Source: Thalassomonas sp. (lineage in GTDB: Bacteria; Bacteroidota; Bacteroidia; Flavobacteriales; BACL11). From it: a stretch of DNA of 44,921 bases. Shown one piece after another: positions 19,253-33,090 of the stretch. Position 1 is the first letter of the stretch. Each line of letters opens with the position of its first letter. The position numbers and the translations under genes were made by a program. Under the pieces are notes generated by a model. The model saw nothing but the letters and a program-made list of their open reading frames with translations. It was not told where the DNA came from and did no database searches. The stretch is from the NCBI GenBank assembly GCA_047617145.1, contig JBLGCF010000001.1, positions 1 through 44,921 on the forward strand, in the 5' to 3' direction.

Positions 19253-20062
19253 ATGCTGTATAAAATAGTGTATTATATATTTCAGCTTTTTCCTAGTTTG
19301 AAAAAGTGGTTTTGGAAAAGATGGTACACTGTTTTGGCAAGTAAAGCTGATGATCCTGATTTAAGGTTTATGAATTATGGTTACTTCAGTAAAGAGCTTT
19401 CCTTAACTTTAAATAAAGAAGATGAGAAGGATAGATACTCTATCCAATTGTATCATCATGTAGCTTCTCAAATTGACCTAAAAGGATTAAAAGTTTTAGA
19501 GGTGGGTTCTGGTAGAGGAGGAGGCTCATCTTATATTTCAAAATATCTTTGTGCAGCAGAAATGGTTGGTGTTGATATTTCTCCTACAGCTGTGGATTTA
19601 TGCAATAAAATTTACAATATCAATAACTTGACCTTTAAGCTTGGTGATTCTGAAAACCTACCTTTTGATGACAATACTTTTGATGCTATTATTAATGTTG
19701 AATCTTCACATTGTTATGCCTCAATGAGTAATTTTTTAAAGGAAGCAAAACGAGTATTAAAACCTGAAGGATATTTTCTTTTTTGTGATTTAAGAAGAAA
19801 GGAATATTTAGAGGAAATGTTAGGTGCTATCAATACAAATGGTTTTAGGATAATTGAAAAAAAGGACATTACACCTAATATTATTGAAGCATCAATTAAA
19901 ATGACGGATGCTCGTAAAGAGACTATCAAAAATTTGAAAGTAGAAAGTTGGTTTAAAAAAATACTAGAATCTTTTGCTGCTACTGATGGAAGTAAGGTAC
20001 ATCAATCCTTTAAGGATGGCTATATGAAATATTATAGTGCCTATTGCCAAGTGGATAAATAA
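19253..20062 (+). CDS. Class I SAM-dependent methyltransferase
   Basis: Motif I VLEVGSGRGGG, motif II DAIINVESSHC and post-II LKPEGYFLF. The N-terminal MNYGY segment resembles lipid/polyketide O-methyltransferases. ATG is 1 nt after the fabI stop. Confidence 0.8.
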   Translation: MLYKIVYYIFQLFPSLKKWFWKRWYTVLASKADDPDLRFMNYGYFSKELSLTLNKEDEKDRYSIQLYHHVASQIDLKGLKVLEVGSGRGGGSSYISKYLCAAEMVGVDISPTAVDLCNKIYNINNLTFKLGDSENLPFDDNTFDAIINVESSHCYASMSNFLKEAKRVLKPEGYFLFCDLRRKEYLEEMLGAINTNGFRIIEKKDITPNIIEASIKMTDARKETIKNLKVESWFKKILESFAATDGSKVHQSFKDGYMKYYSAYCQVDK

Positions 20063-20070
20063 ATAATAAA

Positions 20071-20096
20071 AGGGAGCTTAAGTCTTCCTTTTTTTT
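20071..20096 (+). terminator. Probable rho-independent terminator
   Basis: 6-bp stem AGGGAG/CTTCCT (one G-T pair) with loop CTTAAGT, followed by a T-run. Confidence 0.4.
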
Positions 20097-20103
20097 ATTT
20101 TTG
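20096..20103 (+). promoter_or_regulatory. -7 promoter box TATTTTTG
   Basis: Exact TAnnTTTG, only 5 nt upstream of ATG 20109. Confidence 0.4.
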
Positions 20104-20108
20104 ACCAT

Positions 20109-20825
20109 ATGAATAAGCCAATTTGTTTATGGTCCTCCCCAAGAAATGTTTCAACAGCACTTATGTATGCTTTTGCGCAAAGAGAGGATACAATAGTTTT
20201 TGACGAACCCTTATATGCTCATTACCTTAAAGTGAGTGGAGCAATGCACCCTGCAAGAGAACAAGCGCTGGAAGCTTTAGAAAATGATGGAAACAAGGTG
20301 GTTCAAGAAGTAATCCTTCAGAAAAGCGAAAAGTTATTGTTTCATAAATTAATGACTCATTTTTTAATTGGAATTGATACTGAATTTTTATTAGAAGTTA
20401 TTAATATTATTTTCATCAGAAACCCTGAGGAAATTATCACTTCTTATTCCAAAGTAATTCCAAACCCAAAGATGAACGATATTGGTGTAAAGCAACAATA
20501 CGAGTTGTATTTATCTTTAAAAGAAATAGGGGAGCCCCCAATCGTTTTGGATTCCAAATACTTGCTTAAAAATCCGAAATTGATGTTGCGTAAATTATGC
20601 AGTATTCTGCATATACCATTTGATGAAAAAATGCTTAAGTGGGAAAAGGGAGCGAGAAATGAAGATGGCGTTTGGGCTAGCTATTGGTATAAAAACATTC
20701 ATAATTCTACTGGGTTTTTACCGTATACTAAAAAAGAAATTACACTTACAGGTGGTAATGCAGAACTGGCTGAAGAGTGCTTACCTTATTATGAATTTTT
20801 AACTGCTAAATCAATACAATTATGA
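20109..20825 (+). CDS. Sulfotransferase-like P-loop protein (uncharacterised family)
   Basis: N-terminal LWSSPRNVSTALMY resembles the 5'-PSB loop (P-K/R-x-G-x-T) of sulfotransferases. 238 aa. Overlaps the next gene by 4 nt (ATGA). The assignment is tentative. Confidence 0.4.
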   Translation: MNKPICLWSSPRNVSTALMYAFAQREDTIVFDEPLYAHYLKVSGAMHPAREQALEALENDGNKVVQEVILQKSEKLLFHKLMTHFLIGIDTEFLLEVINIIFIRNPEEIITSYSKVIPNPKMNDIGVKQQYELYLSLKEIGEPPIVLDSKYLLKNPKLMLRKLCSILHIPFDEKMLKWEKGARNEDGVWASYWYKNIHNSTGFLPYTKKEITLTGGNAELAEECLPYYEFLTAKSIQL

Positions 20826-21706
20826 TACAACAATTTGACAAAAGAAATAAAGACATTAAAGTATGGATTAATGGAGAATTATTCCATAGAGATCAAGCAA
20901 AAATTTCTGTATTCGACAGTGCAGTACAAGGGGGAGATGCCGTTTGGGAAGGATTGAGAGTGTATGATGGAAGAATATTTTGTTTTGAAAAGCATTTAAA
21001 TAGATTAATGGAGTCAGCAAAAAGTATGGATTTCACAAATATTCCTTCTGTAGAGGAAGTGAAGAATGCAGTTTTTTCTACTTTACAAGATAATGGCATG
21101 AAGGACGATACACATATTCGATTAACATTAACAAGAGGGGAGAAGATTACTTCAGGAATGAATCCTAAGTTAAATCAGTTTGGTTGTACCTTAATCGTTC
21201 TAGCTGAATGGAAACCATCCATTTATTCAGGTAAAGAATTACGCTTAGTTACTTCTAATATCAGAAGAAATTCCCCACTTTGTTTGGATTCAAAAATACA
21301 TCACGCTAACCTAATAAATAACATCCTAGCAAAAATTGAGGCCAATCATGCTGGGGTTGATGATGCCGTAATGTTGGATTTAGATGGTTTTGTAGCTGAA
21401 ACCAATGCAACTAATATTTTTATGATTAAAAATGGAGTTGTAATTACGCCTTTTCCTAAAGCATGTTTACCGGGAATTACTAGAGGATTGATTATTGAAA
21501 TTTGTAAAAGTAATAATATTCCAATTGTAGAACAAGATATTTCGGTAACTGAACTCTATAATGCGGATGAAGTATTCACAACAGGAACTATGGGTGAATT
21601 AGCTAGAGTAAATGAAATTGATAATAGAAAAATAGAAAATAAGGGAGGAGTGCTAATGCAACTCCAATCCTTATTTAGAAATTTAACAGAAATAGAAGGG
21701 GAGAGA

Positions 21707-21718
<12 letters not shown>
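20822..21718 (+). CDS. Class IV (fold type IV) PLP aminotransferase, branched-chain/D-amino-acid type
   Basis: Motifs FDSAVQGGDAVWEGLRVY, the catalytic Lys context LDSKIHHANLINNILAKIEA, ETNATNIFMIKNG, LPGITRG and EVFTTGT. Confidence 0.85.
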
Positions 21719-24259
<2,541 letters not shown>

Positions 24260-24451
24260 AACTTGTTGTTTTTAATTTAACCTAAAATCTTTTGCAAGAT
24301 ACCCACTAAAATCGTTTATTTTACAATAGTATTACCTCATTTTTTTTAACAAATATTGTTCATAACTTAAGCAGTAAAAACTAAGCGATTTACTATCATA
24401 AAATACGTAAATTTCTTTAATTTGTTACCTTAACGAAAAAAGATAAAAAAT

Positions 24452-27058
24452 ATGTCATTAGGTGAGAAAATTATTCCTATCAATATTGAGGAAGAGATGA
24501 AATCAAAGTACATTGATTATTCAATGTCAGTTATTGTCTCAAGAGCTTTACCAGATGTTAGAGATGGGCTGAAACCAGTACACAGAAGGGTTTTGTTCGG
24601 AATGCATGAACTAGGAATTAAGTCCAATACAGCTTATAAAAAATCAGCAAGAATTGTAGGGGAGGTGCTTGGTAAGTTTCATCCGCATGGTGATACTTCC
24701 GTTTATGATGCTATGGTTCGTATGGCTCAACCATGGAGTTTGCGTTATATGTTAGTTGACGGTCAAGGGAATTTTGGTTCTGTTGATGGGGATAACCCTG
24801 CAGCAATGCGTTATACTGAAGCTAGAATGCGTAAAACGGCTGAGGATATGTTAATGGATATTGATAAAGAAACAATTGATTGGAACTTAAACTTTGATGA
24901 TACTTTAAAAGAACCATCTGTTTTGCCAGCAAGATTGCCTGCATTGCTTTTAAATGGTACAACTGGTATTGCGGTGGGTATGGCAACAAATATGCCTCCT
25001 CACAACATTACTGAGGTTGTGAACGGTACACTTGCTTATATTGAAAAGAGAGGAGATTTAGAAATTGCTGATTTAATGGAGTATGTTAAAGCTCCTGATT
25101 TCCCAACTGGAGGAACTATTTATGGTTATGATGGGGTGCGTTCCGCTTTTGAAACCGGTAGAGGTCGTATTGTAATTAGAGCAAAAGTAAGGTTTGATGA
25201 GTCAGGTACTAGAGAGCAGATTATTGTTGACGAGATTCCTTACATGGTTAATAAGGCTAATATGATTAAGCAAACTGCCGACTTAGTAAATTCTAAAAAA
25301 CTGGATGGTATTGCTGATATTAGGGATGAGTCAGATAGAAATGGAATGCGTATCGTATATGATTTAAAGCGTGATGCAATTCCTAATATTGTACTAAACA
25401 AATTATATAAGTACACGGCTCTACAGTCTTCATTTTCAGTAAATAACATTGCATTAGTTAAGGGTAGACCAAAGTTGTTGAACTTAAAAGAATTGATTGG
25501 TCATTTTGTAGATCATAGACATGAAGTTTTAGTTAGAAAAACTAAATATGAATTAGCTGCTGCTGAAAAAAGAGCGCATATTCTAGAGGGTTTATTAATC
25601 GCACTTGATAATTTAGATGCTGTAATTAAGTTAATCCGTTCTTCTCGTACTCCTGAGGATGCTAGAAACGGATTGATAAGTAACTTTAAATTATCAGAGG
25701 CGCAGGCAAGAGCAATTCTTGACTTAAGGTTACAGAAACTTACGGGTCTTGAAATGGATAAGATTAAGGCTGAGCATGCTGAAATCATGGAGAAAATTAA
25801 GCAGTTAAACTTAATTTTATCAGATGAAGATTTAAGGTTTACTATGCTTGCTGATGATTTAAAGGAAGTAAAAGAAAAGTATGGTGACGAAAGAAGATCG
25901 AATATTGAATATTCTTCATCAGAAGTAAGCATTGAAGATATGATACCGAATGAGGAAGTATTGATTACTATTTCTCATTTAGGATACATTAAAAGAACAT
26001 CATTAAGCGAATACCGTTCTCAAAACAGAGGAGGAGTAGGAAGTAAAGGTGCTACTACCAGAGATGAAGATTTTGTAGAAGAAATGGTAATGGCAAATAA
26101 TCATGATTATATGTTATTCTTTACTGAACAAGGTAGGTGTTTCTGGTTAAAAGTATACGAAATTCCTGAAGGAGGAAAAACTGCTAAAGGTAGGGCAATC
26201 CAGAATATGATTAACTTACCTAAGGATGATAAAGTGATGGCTTATATCAATACTAAGGACTTGAAAGATGAGGAGTATATCAATTCTCATTACATAGTTA
26301 TGTGTACTAATAAAGGAGTAATTAAGAAAACTTCTTTGGAGCAGTATTCTCGTCCTAGAACAAATGGTATTAATGCAATTACTATCCGTGAAGGAGATCA
26401 ATTATTAGAAGCAAAAATGACTACTGGTAATTCTCAAATTATGATGGCTGTTAAATCAGGTAAATCTATCCGATTTGAAGAGGAAAAAGTAAGGTCAATG
26501 GGTCGTACTGCTGCTGGTGTAAGAGGAATTAGATTGCCTTCAGAGGAGGATGAGGTAATCGGAATGATTTGTATTGATGATATGGAGTCGTCTGTTTTAG
26601 TAGTTTCAGAAAACGGGTACGGTAAACGTTCAGCAGTTGAGGATTACAGGATTACAAATAGAGGGGGTAAAGGAGTAAAAACAATTAATGTAACTGAAAA
26701 AACTGGAGGATTAATTGCACTTAAAAATGTAACTGATGTTGATGATTTGATGGTAATTAACAAATCAGGAATTACAATTAGAATTGGTGTTGATACCTTA
26801 AGAGTTATGGGTAGAGCAACTCAAGGAGTTAAAATTATCCGATTAAGAGATGAAGATAGCATTGCTTCAGTAGCTAAAGTTTCCAGATGGGAAGAAGAGG
26901 AAGCTGTATTGTTGGATGAAGATGGAAATGTAATTGAAGCTGAAGTAGTTGAAGGTGCTGAAACGCCAGAAACTTCAACTGAAGAAAGTACAGAAGATAA
27001 TACAAACGAAACAAATGAAGAAAATAACAATAAAACAGCTGAAAATGAAGAAGATTAA
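24452..27058 (+). CDS. gyrA: DNA gyrase subunit A
   Basis: Motifs [11 protein letters not shown], the active-site region [10 protein letters not shown], the QRDR context [10 protein letters not shown] and C-terminal beta-pinwheel repeats. Ends in an acidic low-complexity tail. Confidence 0.95.
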   Translation: MSLGEKIIPINIEEEMKSKYIDYSMSVIVSRALPDVRDGLKPVHRRVLFGMHELGIKSNTAYKKSARIVGEVLGKFHPHGDTSVYDAMVRMAQPWSLRYMLVDGQGNFGSVDGDNPAAMRYTEARMRKTAEDMLMDIDKETIDWNLNFDDTLKEPSVLPARLPALLLNGTTGIAVGMATNMPPHNITEVVNGTLAYIEKRGDLEIADLMEYVKAPDFPTGGTIYGYDGVRSAFETGRGRIVIRAKVRFDESGTREQIIVDEIPYMVNKANMIKQTADLVNSKKLDGIADIRDESDRNGMRIVYDLKRDAIPNIVLNKLYKYTALQSSFSVNNIALVKGRPKLLNLKELIGHFVDHRHEVLVRKTKYELAAAEKRAHILEGLLIALDNLDAVIKLIRSSRTPEDARNGLISNFKLSEAQARAILDLRLQKLTGLEMDKIKAEHAEIMEKIKQLNLILSDEDLRFTMLADDLKEVKEKYGDERRSNIEYSSSEVSIEDMIPNEEVLITISHLGYIKRTSLSEYRSQNRGGVGSKGATTRDEDFVEEMVMANNHDYMLFFTEQGRCFWLKVYEIPEGGKTAKGRAIQNMINLPKDDKVMAYINTKDLKDEEYINSHYIVMCTNKGVIKKTSLEQYSRPRTNGINAITIREGDQLLEAKMTTGNSQIMMAVKSGKSIRFEEEKVRSMGRTAAGVRGIRLPSEEDEVIGMICIDDMESSVLVVSENGYGKRSAVEDYRITNRGGKGVKTINVTEKTGGLIALKNVTDVDDLMVINKSGITIRIGVDTLRVMGRATQGVKIIRLRDEDSIASVAKVSRWEEEEAVLLDEDGNVIEAEVVEGAETPETSTEESTEDNTNETNEENNNKTAENEED

Positions 27059-29891
27059 TCTTTTTGCAGGACTTGTCCTGTTAGCAACAAATCTAGTAGC
27101 TCAGGATATTACTGAAACCACCTTAGTAAAATCAGTAAGCACTAATCCTTTAGATATTCCTTTTGAAAAATGGGAATTACCAAATGGATTAAAAGTTCTA
27201 ATACATGAAGATCATTCAGATCCTATAGTACATGTGCATGTAACCTATCATGTAGGCTCAAATAGAGAAACTGCAGGTAAATCTGGTTTTGCCCACTTTT
27301 TTGAACACATGATGTTTCAAGGTTCAGAACACGTAGAAGATGAAAGAGCTCCTAGGATTATAGCTGAAGCAGGCGGTCAGTTGAATGGCAATACGACTTA
27401 TGATCGCACAGTTTATTTACAAACCATACCTAGCAATCATTTAGAAACAATTCTTTGGCTAGAGGCTGATAGAATGGGATTTTTACCTAATGCAGTGACT
27501 CAAGAAAAGTTTGAAAACCAAAGAGATGCTGTAACAAATGAAAAATATCAGAATCAAATAAATCAACCTTACGGTATGAGTTATGAGATTTTAGGACAGA
27601 CATTGTATCCTCCATCTCACCCATATAATTGGCCAGTTATTGGCTATGTAGATGATTTAGATAGAGCTACTCTAGAGGATCTTAGGAATTTCTTTTTAAG
27701 ATGGTACGGACCAAATAATGCTATTTTAACTATTTCTGGAGATGTAACTTCAAGCCAAGTAATGCCTCTTGTAGAAAAGTATTTCGGATCAATCAAGCGT
27801 GGACCAGAAGTAAGAAGACAAAGAGCTAATGTTCCAAGACTTTCTTCTGATGTATATACTGGCTATACAGATAATATCTATTTACCTCTGACTGACATGG
27901 TATTTCCTACTGTTCCTAACTATCATAAAGATGAAGCTCCACTCGATATGCTTGCTTCATTAATGGGGGCTGGAAAGAAATCTATTTTTTATAAGAATTT
28001 TGTTAAATCAGAAAAAGCAATGCAAGCAAGTGTTAGTCATCCTTGTAGAGAAATTGCAGGTGAATTCCATTTTACCGTAGTTACTTTCCCTGACTGGCAA
28101 GAAGATCCAGGAATATATTTTAATAATATTGAAGCAGACATTAGAAACACAATTGCAGAGTGGGAAGAAAAAGGTTTTAGTGATGATGACTTAGCTATGG
28201 TAAAAACAGAAATGGAGTCACAGAGCATTAATATGAAGAGCTCTATCTCATCAAAGGCTAGCACTATATCATCTTGGGAATGGCTAGGTAGGGGTAAATA
28301 TAATATGTCTTCTGAACTAGAAAGATACAATAATGTCACTAGAGAAGATGTGATGCGAGTATTTAATAAATATATAAAAAATAGAAAAGCAGTTATTAGT
28401 ACTGTTAGACCAAAAAGTCCTTTTGTAGAGAAGTTAGATTCATTAATATCTGTTAATCCTAATATTAGTTTGATATTAAAAGAAGATCCTCAATATGTAG
28501 GTTTGGTATATAACAGACCTGAAGATTCTTTTGATAGAAACGTTCAGCCTAAAGCAGGACCTGCTAAAGCACCTACGGTGCCAAGTTATTATAAAGAAAC
28601 CTTTGAAAATGGTCTTAAGATAATAGGAACTCAATCATCTGAGCTTCCTAAAGTCTATATGCGTTTAAAGATTGAAGGAGGAGGATTGTTGGTAGATAAA
28701 AAGCTTACTGGTTTAGCTCAATTAACTGCAGATATGATGAGTGAAAGCACAAGTAAATATACATCTGAAGATGTTAGTGTTGAGCTTCAAAAATTAGGAA
28801 GTTCAATTTCATTCTCTGCTGATGAAGATGGAACTATAATGTATATCGAGTCATTAACTAAGAATATAGATGCTACATTAGCAATAGCTGAAGAGAAATT
28901 ACTTAGACCCGCGTTTAATAATGATGATTTTAAAAGGGTGAAAAAGCAAACCATAGAAGGAATGGAGGCAATGAAAAAAAATGCCCAATATTTAGGGTTT
29001 ACTCATTTTAGCAATCAATTGTTTGGTGAGACTCCATTTGGTAGAGTGACTACTGAAAAATCAATTAAAAAGATTAAATTATCAGATATTCAAGCGTACT
29101 ATAATAATTACTCTCCTTCGGTTAGCTCATTAGTTGTGGTAGGGGATATTGACAGAGATGCACTTCTCTCTAAAATAGATTTTCTTAAAAATTGGGAATC
29201 AAAGAAAGTTGAGATTCCTTCTGAATTTGATTTTCCAGCTATTAATGAGACTCAAATTTATTTATTAGACAAGGAGGGGGCCTCTCAATCATTTATTATA
29301 ATGGGTCATTTAGCAGATAAATATGATGTAGATGGGGATCATTTTAAGTCTCAAATAATGAATTATCCATTAGGAGGAGGTATGAGTGGTCGATTCTTCT
29401 TGAGCCTTAGAGAAGATAAAGGATGGACTTATGGAGCTAATTCCTTTTTTCAAGCATCAAAAGACCAGGGAGTTTTTGCAATGTTCTCTAGTGTAAAGAC
29501 AGAAGCAACAGATAGTGCTTTAGTGGAGATATTTAGGGAGTTTAATTCATATGCCACTACTGGAATTACAAAAAAAGAGTTGAGATTTACAAAAGATGCA
29601 TTCCTTGGAGGTGAGGCATTAAAATATGAAACATCAGCTCAAAAATTAGGATTTTTAAATAGAATTTTAACTTATAATTTAGATAAAAGCTATATTGATA
29701 AGCAAGCAGATGTCTTAAATTCAATCACAAAATCTGATATTGATGCTATAGCAAAAGCTAAAATAAAGCCTGATAAGATGGCTATTGTGATTGTAGGAAA
29801 TAAATATCTTATTAAAAAGAAATTAAAAAATCTAGAATCATCAAGTGATGGAATGAAATATAATTTTAAGATAACAGAAATTAAATATTAA
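27045..29891 (+). CDS. M16-family (pitrilysin/insulinase) zinc peptidase, two-module, secreted
   Basis: Start placed at ATG 27045 ([20 protein letters not shown], a signal peptide), overlapping the gyrA end by 14 nt. Inverted zinc motif [10 protein letters not shown] (HxxEH). A second, inactive M16 module forms the C-terminal half. Confidence 0.85.
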   Translation: MKKINLFAGLVLLATNLVAQDITETTLVKSVSTNPLDIPFEKWELPNGLKVLIHEDHSDPIVHVHVTYHVGSNRETAGKSGFAHFFEHMMFQGSEHVEDERAPRIIAEAGGQLNGNTTYDRTVYLQTIPSNHLETILWLEADRMGFLPNAVTQEKFENQRDAVTNEKYQNQINQPYGMSYEILGQTLYPPSHPYNWPVIGYVDDLDRATLEDLRNFFLRWYGPNNAILTISGDVTSSQVMPLVEKYFGSIKRGPEVRRQRANVPRLSSDVYTGYTDNIYLPLTDMVFPTVPNYHKDEAPLDMLASLMGAGKKSIFYKNFVKSEKAMQASVSHPCREIAGEFHFTVVTFPDWQEDPGIYFNNIEADIRNTIAEWEEKGFSDDDLAMVKTEMESQSINMKSSISSKASTISSWEWLGRGKYNMSSELERYNNVTREDVMRVFNKYIKNRKAVISTVRPKSPFVEKLDSLISVNPNISLILKEDPQYVGLVYNRPEDSFDRNVQPKAGPAKAPTVPSYYKETFENGLKIIGTQSSELPKVYMRLKIEGGGLLVDKKLTGLAQLTADMMSESTSKYTSEDVSVELQKLGSSISFSADEDGTIMYIESLTKNIDATLAIAEEKLLRPAFNNDDFKRVKKQTIEGMEAMKKNAQYLGFTHFSNQLFGETPFGRVTTEKSIKKIKLSDIQAYYNNYSPSVSSLVVVGDIDRDALLSKIDFLKNWESKKVEIPSEFDFPAINETQIYLLDKEGASQSFIIMGHLADKYDVDGDHFKSQIMNYPLGGGMSGRFFLSLREDKGWTYGANSFFQASKDQGVFAMFSSVKTEATDSALVEIFREFNSYATTGITKKELRFTKDAFLGGEALKYETSAQKLGFLNRILTYNLDKSYIDKQADVLNSITKSDIDAIAKAKIKPDKMAIVIVGNKYLIKKKLKNLESSSDGMKYNFKITEIKY

Positions 29892-29893
29892 TA

Positions 29894-31111
29894 ATGATGA
29901 TTAAAAAGATAATATTAACACTGGTATTAACGGTAATTAGTACTGTAATATTTGCGCAATCGCAAAATGTAACTAGCTCAGCTATTATCTATAAGCAATA
30001 TAACTCTGAAAAAGATAAAGAGAAGAAAGCAACTAAGATAAGTGAGGCAAAAATGTATATTGATTTGGCATATCAAAATACTTCAACATCAGATGAACCA
30101 AAGATGTGGATGTATAGGGCTCAGGTTTATAGAGCAATTGCTATTAGTCATTCAACTTTAGATGAAAATGCAATTTTTAAAGCAACAGAAGCTCATATTA
30201 AATGCATGCAACCTCACCCAAAGAAAATAAATAAAATTATAATCTATAAAAAATGGCCAAAAGAAGAAGTGTTGGCAGGAATGGTACAATGTGGTTATAA
30301 ATTATTTAATCAAGCAATTGCAGAGTACAATTCGGGAAACTACAAAAGCTCTTTAAAGCACTATGCAGCAATCTTTGATATTATTCCGCTAGATGAGGAA
30401 GATCAATTAAAAAGAGGAAATATCACAAAGGAAACTATCCTTTATAATTCCTTTTTCTCGTCAAATAAAATGAAAGATAATGCTAAATCAAAAGAATTAT
30501 TACTGCAATTAATTGATATAAATTTTAATGAGCCAGCTATCTATAGTCATCTGAGTAGTATCTTTATTGAAGAAGGGAATACAGATAAAGCACTGGAGTA
30601 TTTAGCATTGGGTAGGGATATGTTTGAAGAGGATCAATCACTTATTAATACTGAAATTAACCTATATATTCAATTAGGAAGAACTTCAGAGTTAATTGGA
30701 AAACTTGGTGAAGCAATTGCTTTGGATGATGAGAATGACTTATTATATTTTAATAGAGGTACAATTTATGATCAAGAAGGTGATGTGGTAAATGCTGAAA
30801 AAGATTACTTATCAGCTTTAGAATTGAACCCTAGTTCATTTGGAGGTAATTATAACTTAGGTGCACTTTATTTTAACGCAGGAGTGGAAACAAATAACAA
30901 AGCAAACGGAACATCCAATAATACAGTTTACAAGAAACTAAAGAAACAAGCTGATACTGCATTTGCTAAAGCATTACCATATTTGGAAGCTGCTCATGAT
31001 TTGGAGCCAGAAGATAAGAATACTTTATTATCCTTAAAACAATTGTATTACTTAAATGGTGATTATAAAAAATCAGAAGAAATGAAGAAGCTTATTGCAA
31101 AATTAAAGTAA
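29894..31111 (+). CDS. TPR-repeat protein with signal peptide
   Basis: Signal peptide ends VIFAQ|S. TPR-like repeats (GNTDKALEYLALG, GDVVNAEKDYLSALELNP, GDYKKSEEM). Starts 2 nt after the M16 gene. Confidence 0.65.
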   Translation: MMIKKIILTLVLTVISTVIFAQSQNVTSSAIIYKQYNSEKDKEKKATKISEAKMYIDLAYQNTSTSDEPKMWMYRAQVYRAIAISHSTLDENAIFKATEAHIKCMQPHPKKINKIIIYKKWPKEEVLAGMVQCGYKLFNQAIAEYNSGNYKSSLKHYAAIFDIIPLDEEDQLKRGNITKETILYNSFFSSNKMKDNAKSKELLLQLIDINFNEPAIYSHLSSIFIEEGNTDKALEYLALGRDMFEEDQSLINTEINLYIQLGRTSELIGKLGEAIALDDENDLLYFNRGTIYDQEGDVVNAEKDYLSALELNPSSFGGNYNLGALYFNAGVETNNKANGTSNNTVYKKLKKQADTAFAKALPYLEAAHDLEPEDKNTLLSLKQLYYLNGDYKKSEEMKKLIAKLK

Positions 31112-31122
31112 GGCTTAAAGTT

Positions 31123-31146
31123 AAGTGGGAGGTAATACTCCCATTT
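31123..31146 (+). terminator. Possible terminator hairpin
   Basis: Stem TGGGAG/CTCCCA with loop GTAATA, then TTTAAT. The U-tract is weak. Confidence 0.35.
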
Positions 31147-31225
31147 AATCAAATAACACAATTTAACATAATATTAATTATAGGACAATAGGAGTTATTT
31201 ATTTATATCTAGTAAATAGATGGAA

Positions 31226-31645
31226 TTAAAAGATATCTAATACTTTATATTCCACTCCTGCATAATTAAACTGAGCTGAGATTTTAGTATTTACTAAGGG
31301 CTTAGCAATTGGTGCGGAATTTGAGATGCAGAATACTGCTGTATCGTTTAGCGTTAGTTTTCCAAAAGGAATTCCAATTAGAAATGAACCCTTGTCTGTA
31401 ATAATGAATTGTGAGACCTTGGAAAATAATTCGTTTATAAACTGTTGAGTTTTTAGAATTTCATCTTCTAGTTTATGAATTTCAATCTGAGCCATTTCAC
31501 GGCTTGTTTCAAATTTATCACCAGCACTGCTTTTGGTGTCAGAGTTTCTGGAATCAATTGCTTCCTGCAATGTAGTTTTTAAATAGGTTAACTTAGTTAG
31601 TAATTGCTTATCAAGCTCTGCAATTACAGCCAATTTAGTTAACAT
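31226..31645 (-). CDS. Small GreA/GreB-like protein (coiled coil plus truncated C-terminal domain)
   Basis: 139 aa. The N-terminal heptad-like helix pair has the tip motif SSAGDKFETSREMAQIE (compare GreA GDLKENAEYHAAREQQ). C-terminal ISNSAPIAKPLV..VEYKVLDI resembles GreA ISVNSPIARGLIGK..VEFEVIKV. Starts 2 nt after the helicase stop. Confidence 0.4.
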   Translation of the reverse strand: MLTKLAVIAELDKQLLTKLTYLKTTLQEAIDSRNSDTKSSAGDKFETSREMAQIEIHKLEDEILKTQQFINELFSKVSQFIITDKGSFLIGIPFGKLTLNDTAVFCISNSAPIAKPLVNTKISAQFNYAGVEYKVLDIF

Positions 31646-31647
31646 AA

Positions 31648-32997
31648 TTACTTCTTTCTTAAATTAACTCCTTTATCCCCTCTAGAAATTGCTCTTTTGT
31701 ACTTTCTGGCTCTTTCTTTCCTCCAAACATCTCTGTCGTTTACTTGCTGATTTTTCTCGCTTTTCTCATGGAAACCAGAGTTTTCTCTTTCTACTTTTTT
31801 CTCATTTCTGAAAATATTCTTCCCGTTTGCTCTGTGCTCTTCAGTTGTTAATTGTTGGGTAATTTCGACTTCTTCAGGCATTTCAACTTCAGGAATTTTC
31901 ATTCCCATTAAGTCCTCAATTTTATCTGTGTAGTATTCTTCTCTTTCCGTGTTAAAGAGGATGGATTTCCCTTGCTCTTCTGCCCTTCCTGTACGCCCAA
32001 TTCTATGCATGTAATTCTCAGGGAAAATTGGCGTATCAAAATTAATTACATGAGATATTTTGTCTAAATCCAACCCTCTAGCCATAATGTCGGTAGCAAT
32101 TAATATCCTTACTTTTCCTTCATCATATTGGTTAATAGAACGGAACCTATAGTTTTGTGATTTATTGGAGTGAATTACGGCTAAGTCTGAAAGATAAAAT
32201 TCTGACATTGATTCGTATAATCTATCAGCAATTTTCTTACTCGACACAAATACTAAAACCTTTCTCATTTCGTCCTTATCACTAAGGATATTGGCTAATA
32301 AGTTCTCTTTTGTATAGTAATTTGGAACAGAATACTTAGTTTGCAATATATTCTCAAGTGGAGTTCCACTCAATGCAATTTGTATTTTTTCTGGTTTACT
32401 GAAAAAACTGTCAATCATATCCTCTACATCCTCTGTCATGGTTGCGGAGAACATCATGTTTTGTTTTTTATTTGGTAAAAGCTCAAATATATTAGTCAAT
32501 TGAAAACGGAATCCTAAATCCAACATTACATCTACTTCATCAATTACTACCTTTTTAACTCCCTTTAGTTGTAAAGCACGGCAAAGTGCTAAATCATATA
32601 GTCTACCAGGTGTAGCTACTACAATGTCAGCACCATCTTGCAACCATATTTTTTGGGTATTCATGTTTGTACCTCCATACACACCTACTATTCTGCAAGT
32701 AATATATTTAGTTAATTCCTTTAGTGTCTCCACAACTTGTGCAACTAGTTCCCTTGTTGGTACTAAAATTAATATCCTAGGGTTGGTTTGATTGGAATAA
32801 CTAAGTTCTTGCAATAAAGGTAAGCAGTAAGCAATTGTTTTCCCTGTTCCTGTTTGTGCAATTCCTACAAGATCTTTCCCTGCTAGTATTTTGGAAAAAG
32901 TTTCTTCCTGAATTGGAGTTTGTTTTTCAAAACCTAAATCATCAATTGCATTGCGTAATTGTTTGTTTAGGTTGATTTCGTTAAAATTGCTCATCAT
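31648..32997 (-). CDS. DEAD-box ATP-dependent RNA helicase
   Basis: Q motif (F..QTPIQ), motif I AQTGTGKT, motif II DEVD, motif III SAT and motif VI HRIGRTGR. Has a basic C-terminal tail. Confidence 0.9.
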   Translation of the reverse strand: MMSNFNEINLNKQLRNAIDDLGFEKQTPIQEETFSKILAGKDLVGIAQTGTGKTIAYCLPLLQELSYSNQTNPRILILVPTRELVAQVVETLKELTKYITCRIVGVYGGTNMNTQKIWLQDGADIVVATPGRLYDLALCRALQLKGVKKVVIDEVDVMLDLGFRFQLTNIFELLPNKKQNMMFSATMTEDVEDMIDSFFSKPEKIQIALSGTPLENILQTKYSVPNYYTKENLLANILSDKDEMRKVLVFVSSKKIADRLYESMSEFYLSDLAVIHSNKSQNYRFRSINQYDEGKVRILIATDIMARGLDLDKISHVINFDTPIFPENYMHRIGRTGRAEEQGKSILFNTEREEYYTDKIEDLMGMKIPEVEMPEEVEITQQLTTEEHRANGKNIFRNEKKVERENSGFHEKSEKNQQVNDRDVWRKERARKYKRAISRGDKGVNLRKK

Positions 32998-33010
32998 TAG
33001 ATATTTGCTG

Positions 33011-33018
33011 CAAAAATA
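33011..33018 (-). promoter_or_regulatory. -7 promoter box (TATTTTTG on the minus strand) for the helicase operon
   Basis: Plus strand CAAAAATA, 13 nt upstream of ATG 32997. Confidence 0.45.
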
Positions 33019-33024
33019 GGAATA

Positions 33025-33044
33025 AAGCAGGACTATGCCTGCTT
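33025..33044 (-). terminator. Probable terminator of the ABC-F operon
   Basis: 7-bp stem AAGCAGG/CCTGCTT with a 6-nt loop. On the minus strand it is followed by the T-rich TATTCCTATTTTTG. Confidence 0.45.
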
Positions 33045-33090
33045 ATTCTTTTGTAATAAAATTATAGTGTGTTTTATCCCGATTAGATGT

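Noticed and set aside
20620-20802. 60-aa same-strand ORF in an alternative frame inside the sulfotransferase-like gene.
   Set aside because: It is nested in a longer ORF with better coding character. It has no independent start context or motif.
24260-24451. The largest intergenic gap (clpC/gyrA divergent region), examined for a small RNA, a CIRCE-type heat-shock operator or a structured leader.
   Set aside because: There is no CIRCE-like inverted repeat, no stable GC hairpin and no perfect TAnnTTTG box, only near matches (TTAATTTG, TAAATTTC). Nothing can be claimed beyond the presence of two undefined promoters.
26860-27058. Acidic low-complexity tail of GyrA (E/D/T/N-rich), considered as a separate feature or a fused gene.
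   Set aside because: It is continuous in frame with the GyrA C-terminal domain, and acidic tails are a known GyrA feature. The overlap with the downstream M16 start is an ordinary compact junction.
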